Positions 1 to 13,461 of a stretch of DNA of 64,000 nucleotides are shown in pieces. Made by a program: the position numbers and the translations under genes. Source of the stretch: Selaginella moellendorffii (Eukaryota; Plantae; Lycopodiophyta); NCBI RefSeq assembly GCF_000143415.4, contig NW_003314341.1:423165-487164 (forward strand), given 5' to 3'. The notes below the pieces were generated by a model. The model had not been told where the DNA came from, did no database searches, and was given only the letters and a program-made list of their open reading frames with translations. Every line of letters begins with the position of its first letter. The stretch's first letter is position 1.

Positions 1-819
1 CCAACCACTTTTACCTTTCACCTTAGTTAAATTCCCTTACCAAGGTTTATGTTTATTGTACCATCTCCTACTTTGTTCTATTTGCATTCAACTACTCACT
101 ATATGAGTAATAGGGTGTTAGCCATCTCTTCTATGGGGTTTCGCCTTAGTTCCAGGAGTTAGTATTTAGTTCAAGTTTTAAAACTTACTAAGTATAGAAT
201 CATTAAATTGTGAATTAAGGTATATAAATATCACTATGGTATTCAGGACACTCTCTATATTCCGTAAATATACCCATTAGTATATCTAGGCACTTACCAT
301 AAAAAGTATATAAGACTGAAATAGAACTAATATATGGGGTATAATAATGAGACATGGTACTATCACACATTAATATTAAGGGACTAGACTCAATATCATG
401 GGGGTTCTTAACAGTAGTAAATGTAAATACAATGATAAGAAACTCATGTTATTAGCTTAATAATATTGGTCACTTGTATCCGCATTATTAGCATTTCCTC
501 AATTGGTGTCCTTTAGTTTTTGGGTGGAAGCCTTGGCATTAATAATGTCTTGTTGATGTAGTTGCAATTGTTGCAAATGTGACTTTGAGTATCAAAAGAT
601 ACTTATTAGTTAGTCCCTATGAACACTCTCTCCTTATTGCCATAATGATAGGAAGTCAATATTGCTGATTCCCTTTGTTGGTCTAAATTAGTTGAGAAAC
701 TAGCTAGGACATGTGCACATAGATCAGAAGGGCATAAAGAAGGAAATCCTAAATTATCATTAAGTCAAACATATTTCACACCTAGTAGCAAATATCACAA
801 CTATCTCATCTTTATTCTA

Positions 820-1350
820 GAGCATGGGCAACTATAGCTTGAACTTCCATTGGAACAATATCATCTCCCACAGGAAGTGGAGTTGAAGCACATGTAAATA
901 TAAGTGGGAGAAGGGATGTTTTATAGCATTGTATTAGTCAAAAAATATTGTCAAAGGTGGCTAGGGCAAATGTATGCATAAATCTCACAAGATTTTAATA
1001 GTGCTAGCTACAACATACCCAATTTGATTTGCTCTAACATATTGGGCTCTACACAAAATAAAAAACTTTGGAAGTAAATACCAAATTGCATAATTAACCC
1101 AAACAACTCTTGATAGAGATGATGCAATTGTTAGAAAGTATTGACATAGTTGTCAACATGTCCAAATGGGTGTTTGAAGATGTTTGAGAGAATATTGTAA
1201 TCCACATAAGTGGCTACACTAAAATCATTTTACCATTACAATGCCATCCCTTTGAGATATATGAGAAACTTAAGTAAACTATAGCATATATGGTTTAAAC
1301 AAACTTAAGCACATATAGCACCCTTTATCCTATGATGATTTATCATAGAA
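820..1350 (-). mobile_element. Decayed gag fragment of the same Ty3/gypsy family as 3220-8611
   Basis: 841-895 (cttccattggaacaa...cccacaggaagtggagttgaag) and the sequence after it align by eye with 7115-7600. No open ORF; boundaries approximate. Confidence 0.6.
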
Positions 1351-3219
1351 TTACCATGAAGTGGAATTTAAACCCTCCATGTGCCACAAGTCACATACCA
1401 CATGCCATATACCACGTGTCTAAGGACAGTGGAGTGGAACCTGAGTTTTCAAGCCTTGGGCCACTAAATGAAGGAATAGAGTTAAACTCCTAAACTTGCA
1501 ATTAAGGAGTAAAGAAACCCGAGCATAAAACAACTCTTGAATGTTTATCCCAAGGAATGAAGGAACAGGAACATAGAGTAACTTGGAATAATGCTAGAAT
1601 ATTCAACATCCCAATGCCAAAATTAACATGCAAAACAGAGCCAAACGAAGTCTAGCACTATTTAAGTATACCGGTGGCTTAATGTGGGGATATAGGTATT
1701 CCATTAGCTAGCATGGTATGGAACTTGGGCTTAAATCATAGAACCAAGCCAAACATAGAACAAAGACAGGCACACAAACAAGAGCTAAACTATGCCTTAG
1801 GTTGGTCAACCATACTCAATTTACCTACTATCCCTACTATACATTTAAAACCCCCTACAAGCCCCCCCCAAGGAATGCATGCTTTGGGATTTCACGCTAG
1901 TCACCTTTAGAACTAAGAGAATAAACTTGAAACTTACTGATTATGGAATGGCACTAAATTGCAAATTTGGACACGGGATTAACACCATTATGTTTAGGAC
2001 AATCTCTAGATTCCATAAATATGAAAAATTAGCAAATGTAAACACTTTCTATAAATAGTAATTAAGACTAACACAAAAGGCATGATAGCAAGGTGTTTGG
2101 TAGACATAGTAAGCTATCATCTAGCAAATATTAAGAAACCATTCTCAAAATTGCAGGGGTTCTTGTCAAACCAATGCAAGACAAAGCAAACAAGAATTAA
2201 CAAGCTAAATCAAGTATGCTTGGCTATATAGATACTTAGGAATTGTGCCTCTTTTTACCATCAATATAAGTGCATGGAATACATAAATGGAATAAAAAAA
2301 ATTCATATTTGATTAACTCAAACTTTAGCTTATATACAAAAGTGAGTGGTTTAGATTTAAATCAATCAAATGACTATCAAAATCTTATTATACTAATAAT
2401 AGTATATGGCACTGTAGCCATACAATTAAAACCTCTCTATCTCACACACACACAAATGTAATAAAATAATCAAGATAAGTAAATGCTGCCATGATTGATA
2501 ATGCTATATATTAGATATAAATTCAATTAAGTATATGTACTATTAATTAGAATTTTTATTCTATTTGAGTAATAAAAGAATCATATTATATACTTGATAT
2601 GTTTAAACATTTTTAAAAAGTACAGAAACTTCTTAAGGAGATTATATTTACAATATGATAATTTTACTCCAATTTCTTTGAAATTTACTTCTGAATCAGT
2701 TGGAAAATAAATTTAAAAAATAATAAGATGAGAATTAAAGATTGGTATATTATTATTTTAAAACTTCTTACAACTTATTTCTTTTTAATTTTTTGTAAAA
2801 TATTATCAACATGCTATTTTCCTCATCTGTTATAAAGAAAATAATAATTTGATCAAAGTTTTATATGCTAATCTGAATGTGAATTTTTAAGTGACAAAAA
2901 GTTTCTATAAAACCATTGAACTAGTTGATTGGGTAGTCCATATGTTTTACTACAAAGATTCATGCACAATATTGGTATATCAATATTTATAAAAACTAAA
3001 ATACCAGAAAATTCTATATAAGCTGAATCTCAATTAATTATTCTAATTAAAATAATTTATATATTTTAATGATAGATAGAGGTAAACTGTAATTCAATAT
3101 GAATAAACTTAATTTATATTTTCAGAAATATTATCATGTAAATTCTTTAAAAACTGGTATAATTAATATACTAAATTGAAGCCTATTTTAATGCAGGAGA
3201 ATGCCAAAACTGCTCATAT

Positions 3220-3395
3220 TGTGAGTGCATGGAATATGGAAAAGGAATATGGAATATATGCATCTCAATTAGTTTATAAACCCTAGCTTATATACAGGAG
3301 CGAATGGTCCGAATTAAAACTAATCCGACGCCTACTAAAATCCCACTACACTAATATTAGTATACGGCATCGTAACCGTACACTTAGACTTCACA
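3220..3395 (-). repeat. 3' LTR of gypsy element 1
   Basis: TG...CA termini; adjacent to the polypurine tract; matches 8455-8611 and, inverted, 31771-31929 and 36476-36652. Confidence 0.85.
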
Positions 3396-6300
3396 TCATC
3401 CCCTCATTTCAGAATAATGGAAGACCATCAGGGTTCTCTCATAGATGGGCTGAGATCTAGAGGAACATTAAGAGGAGGTATCGGTAGGTGGTGCCAATTG
3501 TTCATGATCCCTTTGTACGAAGTGTTTCAATCACTTCACATGCATAATTTATAAAGGATCAGCCTGCTAGACATCAAGCTGAACCTCATAAACTTACGGT
3601 TCAACTTGCTGCAACACTTGATACAATCTTTTCCATTGAGTAAGGAGCCCCCTAAATAATCATGTACTATAAGATGGGGAAAACATACTAACACCAAGTA
3701 TCCAATTTATACTCCATAGATGAATGATGATGGGAGTTGTAATGTCATTGTTATCCCATTTGTACGTGGCCTAGATGTTTGGCAGACTTTGCTCAGACAA
3801 ATGGAAGAATACTTATCAAATATTGATCCCACGATCTAGTATCGGCAACTCGTAGCAATCACAAAGGTAAACCCAACTCTATTAGTAATATGGGATTATG
3901 ACTATATAAGAGTTTATATGGTGAAGCACCAATAGAACTTTGCACCTCTATGACATATGCATACCGAAGATACGGTAAATAACCATCCCAATTTAAATGT
4001 TGAAAGTTCACATACTTTGTGATCATCCTTTTAAATGTCCGAACAAGCTATTCCGCCAAACCTTCTAACTATGAATGATAAACACTCATGAAAGTGTAAC
4101 ATACCCCCAACCGAGACGTCAAAACATGAAATGCCTTAGCCATAAATGCAGGACCATTATCCAAAAGTATCCACTCTAAACAAGAATGTTGGAACACCTC
4201 TTGATTAAGGAAGAAGTATCCAACAACAGTTGTAAAGGTGCTAGCAAAAGCACCAACTTCCACCCAGTGAGTCAATTAGTCAGAAGCAATAATAACATAT
4301 TCATTGCTAGCAATCGATCGTGAAAAAGGTCTCATAAGATCAAATGCCACCAACTCAAATGGACGGGAAACTATAATTAACCCCAACTGTCCTTCTACAG
4401 TATGAGGGGGAGTATTATTAGTTTGGCACCAAATGCAGCTACACATATACCGGATAACATCATGTCACATCTCCGGCTAATAGAAAGACCTATGAAACTT
4501 CTCGGTCACACAACGATGTTTTATATGCCCGCCTAAAACAGGAGAATCATGGTAGGCATGAAGAAACCATGGAATAAAGATTGAAGGCACCACTAGCCAT
4601 AAATGATCATCAGGATCCATCCTCACAAAATAAAGATGGTTGTCTTCAAAACAATATTGAGAATGTAAATGCCGAAATGGCAAGTCATCAGCAAGTGATA
4701 CAAGATTCTCAAACCTATCTCGAAGCCTTCAAATCCATGGGTCAATCTTTTGAACCTCGTAAACCTCGTCAAGGAAAGGTAGATTTTGCTCTACACCTTG
4801 TGGACACTGAACGTCAAGTACAACAACCACCGACGGCATAAAATCCTCATTAAAAAAACCCATAGATGCTAGAATAATAGGCTCATCAGAAACATGAGAA
4901 AAGAGTAAAGAAGGAAGAGGAGCTCAAGAAAGGGCATCAGCATTAGCCATAGAACTCCCCAAATGATGAACAACATCAAAATCATATATTTGAAGCTTCA
5001 AAACCCACCGAGCAGTACAACCAACCAAGTTTTTCTGTTTCGATAATGAAGTAATAGCAACATGATCACCTTCTAGTAACATTTGAGAACCATGTAAATA
5101 TATATAAAGTTTCTTAAAACCCCAAACTACTGCTAAACACTTTTTTGTTGTGGAGTAGTTCACATTCACTAGTTGTAATGTATAGTTTATATATGCAATA
5201 GGATGGTGTTGACCAAGCACACTCAGGCCCTTTTGCATCAATACACCTTCAAGATTAATATTAAAAGCATCCATACGTAAAATGAAAGGTCGAGTGTAGG
5301 CAGGATATGCTAAAACCAAAGGAATCATCAATAGCTCTTTGAGATCCATAAACGCCTACACACAATCCGAAGACCAAATGAAAAATGACGTTGATGACTT
5401 TAGCAATGCTCGCAATGATGCAATGCAATCAAAAAGATGATCCACAAAACAATTGAAATATTGCACCTTGCCTAAGAAGCATTGCATATTATTCACACAC
5501 TTTGAAGTAGAGAACTTTAGAATAGCTACAAGTTTGTTGGGATCAACTTGTAAACCCTCACGAAAAATATAGTACCCAAGATAAGTTGTGTCCTTGGATC
5601 TAAACATGCACTTCAACCACTTCAGCTTTAAACCAACGCCCCGTAGCTGATCCAACACTTTACAAACATCACAGATGTGTTCCTCTCACATCCCCTCCAA
5701 ATGGATCAAAACATCATTAATGAAGTCAACAATCACTTCTAACATATCATAAAAAATTTCATCCATCATCCGCTAGAAAGTCGGTAAAGCATTGTTCAAA
5801 CCAAATGGCATCACCAAGAACTCATATAAACCAAATAGTGTACGAAAAATAATTTTAGGAATATCTTCTTCGGCCATCATTATTTGCCAATACCTAGAAA
5901 TAAAATCTAGCTTGGTGATCAACAATTTCTCTTCAGACAATCCAAGAGATCAATAATGTGAGGAAGAGGGTACACGTCCAAGATTGTCACTTCGTTTAAC
6001 AAACAATAGTCGATGCAAAATCAAATACTCCCATCATGCTTTGTCACAAGATGAGGTTTACATACCCAAGGACTATGCAACTTTTGAATAACACATTTTT
6101 CCAACATCTTCTTGACATTTGTATGTAAAATTTTAATCTCTTTGGGTGATTGATGATGAATAGGAACCTTGATTAGACAAACATCCTTAGTTGGAATTGG
6201 ATGACATGTGGCAATCTTGGTTCCAGACGATAAGTCAAATTCAAAGAGGTCGACATACTCCTTTATGAGCCGGTCAACCACTGCAACACAAAGATTGTTG

Positions 6301-7731
6301 GAAGGATCTAAAAAGGGAAGAGTGGAACAAGACAGAAACATGGAAGGAAGTAGTAGAGAGACAAAAGTAATGGAAGCAAAGGTAAAAACAAAGGGACAAA
6401 AAGGTAAAGAAGTGAAAGGAATGGATAAAATATAAAAAAGTATGAGACAAAGGGGAGAAGCCTCAAAGTCACACTTAACATGATTGCGCTGTAACTAATC
6501 CATACCAAAGATGAGGTCAAAAGCTTAACTCAACACCACTTGCAATGATTGCAACCCAAGCTCGAGATCACCCACATGCACAACTAAGTTTGCCTCATCC
6601 CGTGCACATGCATGTGTATGACCATTGCCATAAAGAATGAAAACTGGCTCTACTACATGACACAAGTGTAGACGACAATGTGTGGTAACAAATCAAGCAA
6701 TAAAAGATAAACTTGAACTTGTATCAACCAATACGAAGAAAATAATATGAGACCTTTTGTTATAAAAACGAGCTTAAAAAGTAAACATTGAATGAACTGG
6801 TGCCAAGTAAACCCTTGATAATACTCCCAAAAGAAAGATAGAAGGGTCATTAACTTATTTGCACAAGGTCCCTCCATTACTCACACAACTCCTCATTTCT
6901 CAAATGCATCTCGGTGTCCAAACCTTCCATTGCAGCAGCACCAACAGGACATTGTTAACGCTAAGGTCTCCACCCAGGAAATGGAGGCTACCAATCTGGA
7001 AAATATCGACAATGCCGATAAGTGTGACCAACTTCATCATATGCTTAGCAGCAAAAATCACGGCCACAACTACGTCATCACATTTATCCTTGGACTCAAG
7101 CAGTAGCAGCATCAACCTCCATTGAAACAGGACTTTCACCCACAGGAAGTGGAGTTGAAAGATATGCAGTGAGAAGTGGAAGAGATGACATATTATAACG
7201 TTGTGCCAAGCAAAGAGCATTGTTAAGGGTTTCTGGAGCAAGTGCATGCACAAATCTAACAAAATCTTGACAAAGTGCTAGCCACAACATTACTAACTTG
7301 ATCCGCTTCAACATATTTGACTCTGCACAAAACAAGAGGCTTCATAAACAAATGCCAAATTGCATCACCAACTTAGATGGCCTTTAAAAAAACTGATGCA
7401 ATTGTTAGAAGGCATCATCACAATCATTGGCATGTCTGAATATGCATTTAAAAACGTCTGGGAAAACACTCCAATCCCCACAAGTGGCTACACTCAAACC
7501 ATTGTACCATTTTAGCACCATCCCTTGGAGACACGTGGGAAACTCACACAAACATCAAGCATCATCCTAAGAATGATATATGGCAATCACTGTGAAGTGA
7601 TCAAATCAATAATATATATCATCTCCAGGATTCACATAAAAGAACTCTGGCCAAACATGAGGATTGGCACCAAGAGTAAAAAGAGTTGTACCATGTGTTA
7701 TGAATGTCACCATCAACTAAGTTTGGTTGTT

Positions 7732-8143
7732 TATAACACAACCTATCTCTCTCCCTTTAAACCAACTGGAAAAGGGACAATTGCTTGATAAAAGAGATGT
7801 CCTATAGTGGATACCTTTGTCTATAAATGCTCCATCAAGAGAAAGGAAATATGCATGGATGCATAATATGTACGATTTCAAACTTAATAGTAAGAATATA
7901 CCTTGCTAAAGGGGATATTATATTTTTAAGTAGCTACAAATCAATGGGAATCGAACTCATACAATTTGCTCCGATACCACATGTAACACACCCTATCTCT
8001 CTTTCCTTAAGCAAACTAAAAAAGGGGCAATTGCTTAATGAGAGAGCCCTTAGTGGCTATTTTATCCCTATTTATCCCCTAAAATTCCAAGGATCCACAA
8101 TGGCAATATATCCAAATCTCATCCCATAATCACATGCGCTACA
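7732..8143 (-). mobile_element. Miniature LTR element (TRIM) nested in the gag region of gypsy element 1
   Basis: Absent from the sister gypsy copy (~32130). 5-bp TSD ttgtt at 7727-7731 and 8144-8148. Two partly similar terminal repeats (7732-7938, 7982-8143), both ending gctaca. PBS TGGTATCGGAGC (tRNA-iMet type) on the minus strand at 7968-7979. Confidence 0.75.
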
Positions 8144-8454
8144 TTGTTCAATTGCAAAATCACATAGCATCAAGCAATTGCACTAACTACTGCTCTAAAG
8201 TCAAAGGAGGAGGAAATTGCTACTCTACCATAAAGATGAATGAAAAGGAAAAAGCAAAATTAGAGAAATGAAAAAAAGCTAAAAAAAAAGGAAGATCTAG
8301 ACCATACAAAAGCTAAATTTAAACTAAAATCCTGAAAGGAAAGAACAAAAGAAAAGAAATGGAAAGCTAGATCTAGACAATGTGAAAGCTAAATCTAAAC
8401 CAAAATCCCAAATCCAAGCACTCCTCAGAGACAATCAAAAGTACCCCTCAACTC

Positions 8455-8611
8455 GAGTGCATGGAATATGGAAAAGGAATATAGAAAAAGTGCATCTTAA
8501 TTAACCCAAAAATCTTCAAATAGTCTGGATTGAAACCAATTTGATGACTACCAAAACCCCATTACACTAATATTAGTATACGGCATCATAGCGGTACACT
8601 TAGACCTCACA
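8455..8611 (-). repeat. 5' LTR of gypsy element 1
   Basis: Direct repeat of 3220-3395; inner end eroded. Confidence 0.8.
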
Positions 8612-9548
8612 ACATCATATGAGTATTAAATATTATAATGTATTTCTGATAAAAAGGTGTATATAAGATTTTCATGGGAACTCACAGCAAGGAACTCACA
8701 CAATATACTCAACTGCAAAAACATTTGGGAAAATGCTTTAATACTCAATATTAGACTTTAAAGATTTTATTATTGAGAAAGAGAAATATTCTCAACCTAT
8801 ATCCAAATCAATTTGAATATGATAATAAACGTTTAACTCCATAAAAATTATAAGTAATTTGTGATTAATTTTCTGAAAGAAGAAACTTACAAAATACCAA
8901 AACACAAAATTGCTAGACAAGATGAAAGATTGGTTGGGGAAAGAATAGATACAGAAGACGAATTTAGATATAAATTCAATTACTATCTTGCCCAACTCAT
9001 CCTCAAAACTATCAAAATTCCCATCAGACAAAGGGAGTCCACTTATGTTTTTAAAAATTTCTTCTTATAAACTTAATACGAATTTTATGCATAAAATAAT
9101 GTCTCACATTAATTAGAGATGGTAATAGATCAAAGACAAGAAACATCCCCACAAAAAAATAACATACTAAGGATAGGAATAGCATTAATATAGTCATGCC
9201 CCATAACACATCCAAAGCCTCAATCCAAAAATGATATAACAATAGGAACAATAGGAACAGTCTCAGTCATGAGCTGGAATCTATCTATGGTGGCTCTTCT
9301 TTCCTAGAATACTAAACTAGAATGAAATCCTTAGCCAGTGGATTCTATATTTGAGAGTAATGACTTATATATATATATATATAAACACACACACACAAAA
9401 ATAGTGTCATTATACATTACTTTGAATTGTATTTTTTATTTTAAAAAATGTAATATGTTACTTACATCTAAAATACATGAATGATATACATATTCACTGA
9501 AAATTTTAAAGTTTTGTTAGATTTCTTCATTTGTAAGACAAACGCCTT

Positions 9549-10007
9549 TCAAAGTAAGCAACAAAACCCCTCATCGTTATTGACATGCTGATCTGCTTTC
9601 TCGTGCTTAGTTTGTGAGAGCAACTCATCTCTTGAGATCTCAATATCGACATACATGGAACCATCTAAAATTGTCAGCTTTGCACCCGTGAAACCTTGGC
9701 TGATGCATCTGTCCCAAAGCTCTTGAAGTGCTTCTGCAAAATCATCTACTGTAAGCCTATGTACATGGCGAATGTGAAGAAAGACTCCAAAGTTTCCATG
9801 TATACCAACATAGAGATCTGGCCTAAAATTATTCGCAATGAAACTCCTCCAGGCAGCTGCAGCTCCCGCACAATAGTCTTCCTGGTGAGTTCTCTGGTGC
9901 CTATAACCTACACATTGACGATATGACAAATTTGAATAAGCAATGGATTCAATGGCGAGATTAAAGACCAGGAGTGACAGTAACATATACATTTTGGTTG
10001 CAAACAT
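9549..10007 (-). CDS. Small putatively secreted orphan protein, CCLL-family paralog A
   Basis: Intronless 152-aa ORF with a hydrophobic N-terminus; full-length paralog of 12416-12853 and 13462-13905 (CVG.R.QRTHQEDYC, LTV.DFAE.L..LWD.CI.QGFTGAKLT, NDEG.CCLL). Confidence 0.8.
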   Translation of the reverse strand: MFATKMYMLLSLLVFNLAIESIAYSNLSYRQCVGYRHQRTHQEDYCAGAAAAWRSFIANNFRPDLYVGIHGNFGVFLHIRHVHRLTVDDFAEALQELWDRCISQGFTGAKLTILDGSMYVDIEISRDELLSQTKHEKADQHVNNDEGFCCLL

Positions 10008-10653
10008 GTGAGAAATAATCTATTTATTTGACTGTGTCCTCAATTATCAGAAGGAAAAGTCAAGGCACAATAATTTCTTTCCAAAATTCCAAAATTTAGG
10101 CAAGCATATTCGTGTGTTTTGGAACCTCCATCTTAGCTTGATTGCAACAGCAAGGAAAGCTCAGCAAAGTCGTTATATCGTAAGCTACTCATATCTTTCA
10201 CGGTTTCCTCAGTTGTCTCAAAACAATACTACACCTTAGAAGAGCGGAGAACATAAAAAAAAAAAAAAAAAATCAGTTTTGTGTGTCAGGGGGGCGAGGG
10301 AGCGCCCAGTGCTCGAGGCAGAGGAGCTTTCACGCATCACACAGCCCCCCCGTGAGCACACTGCTGCCGGAAAAAAGACTTGTCGGCATACCTGTCCGCC
10401 TCAAAGAGTGATAGAAAAGAAGAAAAACTTACACACGAAAAACCATCAAACTTGAATTTCCGTAGATCTCTTCCAGTAGGTACAAACTCTTACTGACCAT
10501 GCTTTGTTTTTGTCTCTGCTCTCTCCTCCTCAAAAGAATTGAAGACCACAGTTAGTTAATGGTATCTGGTGGATAGTACCAGTTTCATAGATAGTTGTTT
10601 GTCGCCTTAAGGATTATTGCACCCCCTTCGCTTCTGTTTTGTGTGTCCCGGCG

Positions 10654-11627
10654 TCACAGCACTGTACAGCCCCGTTGCTTCTTCTTTCGTTTCTTCTGCT
10701 TTGGAGGTTGCAACACCACCTTGATTGCCGCGTCGAACACAGCTTTCACATTCTGGGGCACCAAAACGAAGGGTGTTTTAGAAAGATGTGCCTCAAACGA
10801 GGGCCGAGCCAAACCTGCTGCGTCTTTGAGCTACACTCGATGTAGGCAGCCGCCCCGATTTGCTTCCTCAGCTCTTCGCCCTGCAGCATCACGTGGCTTA
10901 TAAATTCAGTAAAGAGTCGAGACAAGCAAAGGTGTTATGACCTGTGCAGTGGTAATAGCTGTAGCACCCGGATGATCGTTAAAGAAGTGCTTGTCATCCC
11001 TGAGATCTGAGAGCAAAACAACACTTCCGTTAGCAGCAATTACAACGGAGAAAGGATGACGTTAATCTTACCCAGCTTTGTACCCACAAGGATGACAGGC
11101 ACGGTAGAAGCATAATGTCTCAGCTCCGGAATCCACTACAAGACGAAGAAACAAATTTAGAAAATGCGAGGCGAAAAGCAAACCATTGTAACCTTCTTCG
11201 AGATGTTTTCATAGCTGGCCCTGCTGATAAGGGAAAAGGCCAAGAGGAAAACATCGGCTCCTCTATAGCTGAGGGGCCTCAAGCGGTTGTAATCTTCTTG
11301 ACCTGCGTGACGAAGCAGCCAGAGATGAGAGATTGATTCATCCTCAAATCAAACACAGATTTTTTTTTGACGAACCAGCAGTGTCCCAGAGCCCAAGGTT
11401 GACAGTGTTGCCATCGACAACCACATTGGCGCTGAAGTTATCAAAAACAGTGGGAACGTAATCCTGTTGATGAACGATCCCAGCCCAAGAGAGTTAGAGA
11501 AAAAGGAAAGAACAAAACGAAATCTCACAGTGGGGAAAGTGTTGCTCGTGTATGAAATGAGCATGCAAGTCTTGCCCACCGCACCATCTCCGACGGTAAC
11601 GCACTTGATAAATCTTGAAGTGCTCAT
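10654..11627 (-). CDS. ROP: Rho-of-plants small GTPase (type I ROP/RAC), multi-exon
   Basis: [62 protein letters not shown]; polybasic tail [15 protein letters not shown] ending in CaaL; GT-AG introns. Confidence 0.97.
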
Positions 11628-12415
11628 GATTCTCCTCTTGCCCCTTTCCTTCGAGATTTTTTTTCTTTCTTCTCCCTCGCTCTGCTAAGCAAGAACCAGC
11701 CAAGCGCCTCTTCTTTCCTCCCGCATTTATTCCCCTAGAAACCAAAACCTACCCCACTGCCGCTCCTCCTCCTCGCGGGAGCTACTGCATTGCATTGCTC
11801 CAAGAAATTCCCCAATGCCGTGACCTAGATCTGTCACTGGAGCTGGATTGCTTGCAACCGACGCCGGAGAGCAAGGAGAGAAATCTTCCAATCTTCCAAA
11901 CCAAGCGCGTGGATCTGCGCCTCGGCCGGCGCCTAGAGAGGAAGAAGGGCAAAGCGGACGAGATGGAGGACAAAAACTTAACTCTTTATGTGAGTGTGTG
12001 CGTTGTTCTTCTACTATACCTCGTCTTTGAAGCGTGGAAAGAGAGGGGAAAGAAAGTGGAAAGAAATGGGGGTTGTGATGGGTAAAAGAAAGAGCTTTGG
12101 CGTTTGTTTTTAAATGAAAGAGAAACTCTCCTCCCAAGTGGTTGCCGTTGGGCCAGTGGTGTACGGTCAGGATTGGGACGCTTTTTGTTTTTTAAAAAGG
12201 GCCCAAATTTTCTTTCATGACTTGGAAAGGTGGCGCCAATGGATTCATTTGACTGATGTTTGCAAGTCACTCCAACAACATTGGGTGGGCTCCAATTTCC
12301 AAACCATATGATAACAATTTCTCTTATTCTTAGTAACATTCTTCCTTCCCAAGGCTCTAAAAGATACATGTGTACTCTACTCAAGGTAGGAGAATATGCG
12401 GATAATGGGTGTGGC

Positions 12416-12853
12416 TTAGAGTAAGCAGCAATACCCCTCGTCATTGTCAACTCCTTTGTCGTGCTCAGTGTGTGAAAGGAGGTCCTCTGTTGCGATTTGC
12501 ACCTCGACAACCATGGAGCCGTCTGAGAGGGTCAACTTTGCGCCTGTGAATCCCTGTTGGATGCAGTGATCCCAAAGATCTTCGAGGCCTTCCGCAAAAT
12601 CTTCAACTGTGAGGTCGTGCACCCGGTTGATGTGAGCGAAGATTCCAATACCGCGATTTATGCCAATATAGAGCCCCGGTGTAAATCTCATCAGGACAAA
12701 ATTTCTCCATGCATTTGCAGCGCTTTCGCAATAGTCTTCCTGGTGGGTTCTCTGGCGCCTATGCCCCACACATTCTTGATATGCCAAAACTGAGTAATTT
12801 AAGGATCTTATGACATAATTTAATAGCAGAATCGACATTAGCAAATATCTCAT
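12416..12853 (-). CDS. Small putatively secreted orphan protein, CCLL-family paralog B
   Basis: Intronless ORF; start MRYLLM chosen by homology to paralog C (an in-frame upstream ATG exists at 12877); ends DEGYCCLL. Confidence 0.8.
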   Translation of the reverse strand: MRYLLMSILLLNYVIRSLNYSVLAYQECVGHRRQRTHQEDYCESAANAWRNFVLMRFTPGLYIGINRGIGIFAHINRVHDLTVEDFAEGLEDLWDHCIQQGFTGAKLTLSDGSMVVEVQIATEDLLSHTEHDKGVDNDEGYCCLL

Positions 12854-13461
12854 TGTCTGTTGGAAATACATGAACAAAGAAAAGTGAGTATTTATATACA
12901 GCTAAATAGGATATGCAATTATTCCTACAATAATGATTGACTAAGTTTGATAATTATTTATAAAACTTTATTTATTCATCCTATTTCTATTTATTTTTAT
13001 ATATTTATAACATTTTCAGAATAATGATTAATATTATACTAGAATTAATTAAGTACTTCTAAAAGAATGTTTGGCAGTGCAATCTATTTCCAACTCTATT
13101 TTTGGTTAAACCTATAGGTACCTAGTATATACTTGGATATTTTAGTATTAATCTCTGACCTAATGAGAATATTTTTTATAAAAATAAATATGTTTATAAT
13201 TTCTATAATTTCTTAAACAGGACTTTTCTGTTAAAAAAGAACAGCAACTTTAGTTTAAGTTATAGAAATTTATCTAAAAGAATATTTAAAATTATTTTTA
13301 GATTAAAACCTTATATATTAATAATTAATAGATATTTTAGGATAACGAATAAAACAATTGTAACAAAATAATTTCAAACTAGTCAAAATTATAGTGAAGA
13401 TAATTCTATTTGAATTGTATCTTATAAAAAGACATTTTTTTCATATATATCATAAGCGACA

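Larger units (their letters stand above)
3220..8611 (-). mobile_element. Full-length but decayed Ty3/gypsy LTR retrotransposon (~5.4 kb, ~175-bp LTRs)
   Basis: Direct repeats at 3220-3395 and ~8455-8611 (gagtgcatggaatatggaaaaggaata...cacttagac.tcaca). PPT (minus-strand gaaatgaggggatga) abuts 3395. Broken ORFs give RT (SPWVCKPHLVTKHDGS, LKLKWLKC), RNase H (PFILRMDA...PIAY...NYST) and integrase (LLDNGPAF) in gypsy order. Imperfect 4-bp TSD atat/acat. Confidence 0.9.

Noticed and set aside
11727-12510. Several overlapping ORFs upstream of ROP
   Set aside because: Purine/pyrimidine-skewed 5' UTR and promoter sequence; no recognisable protein features
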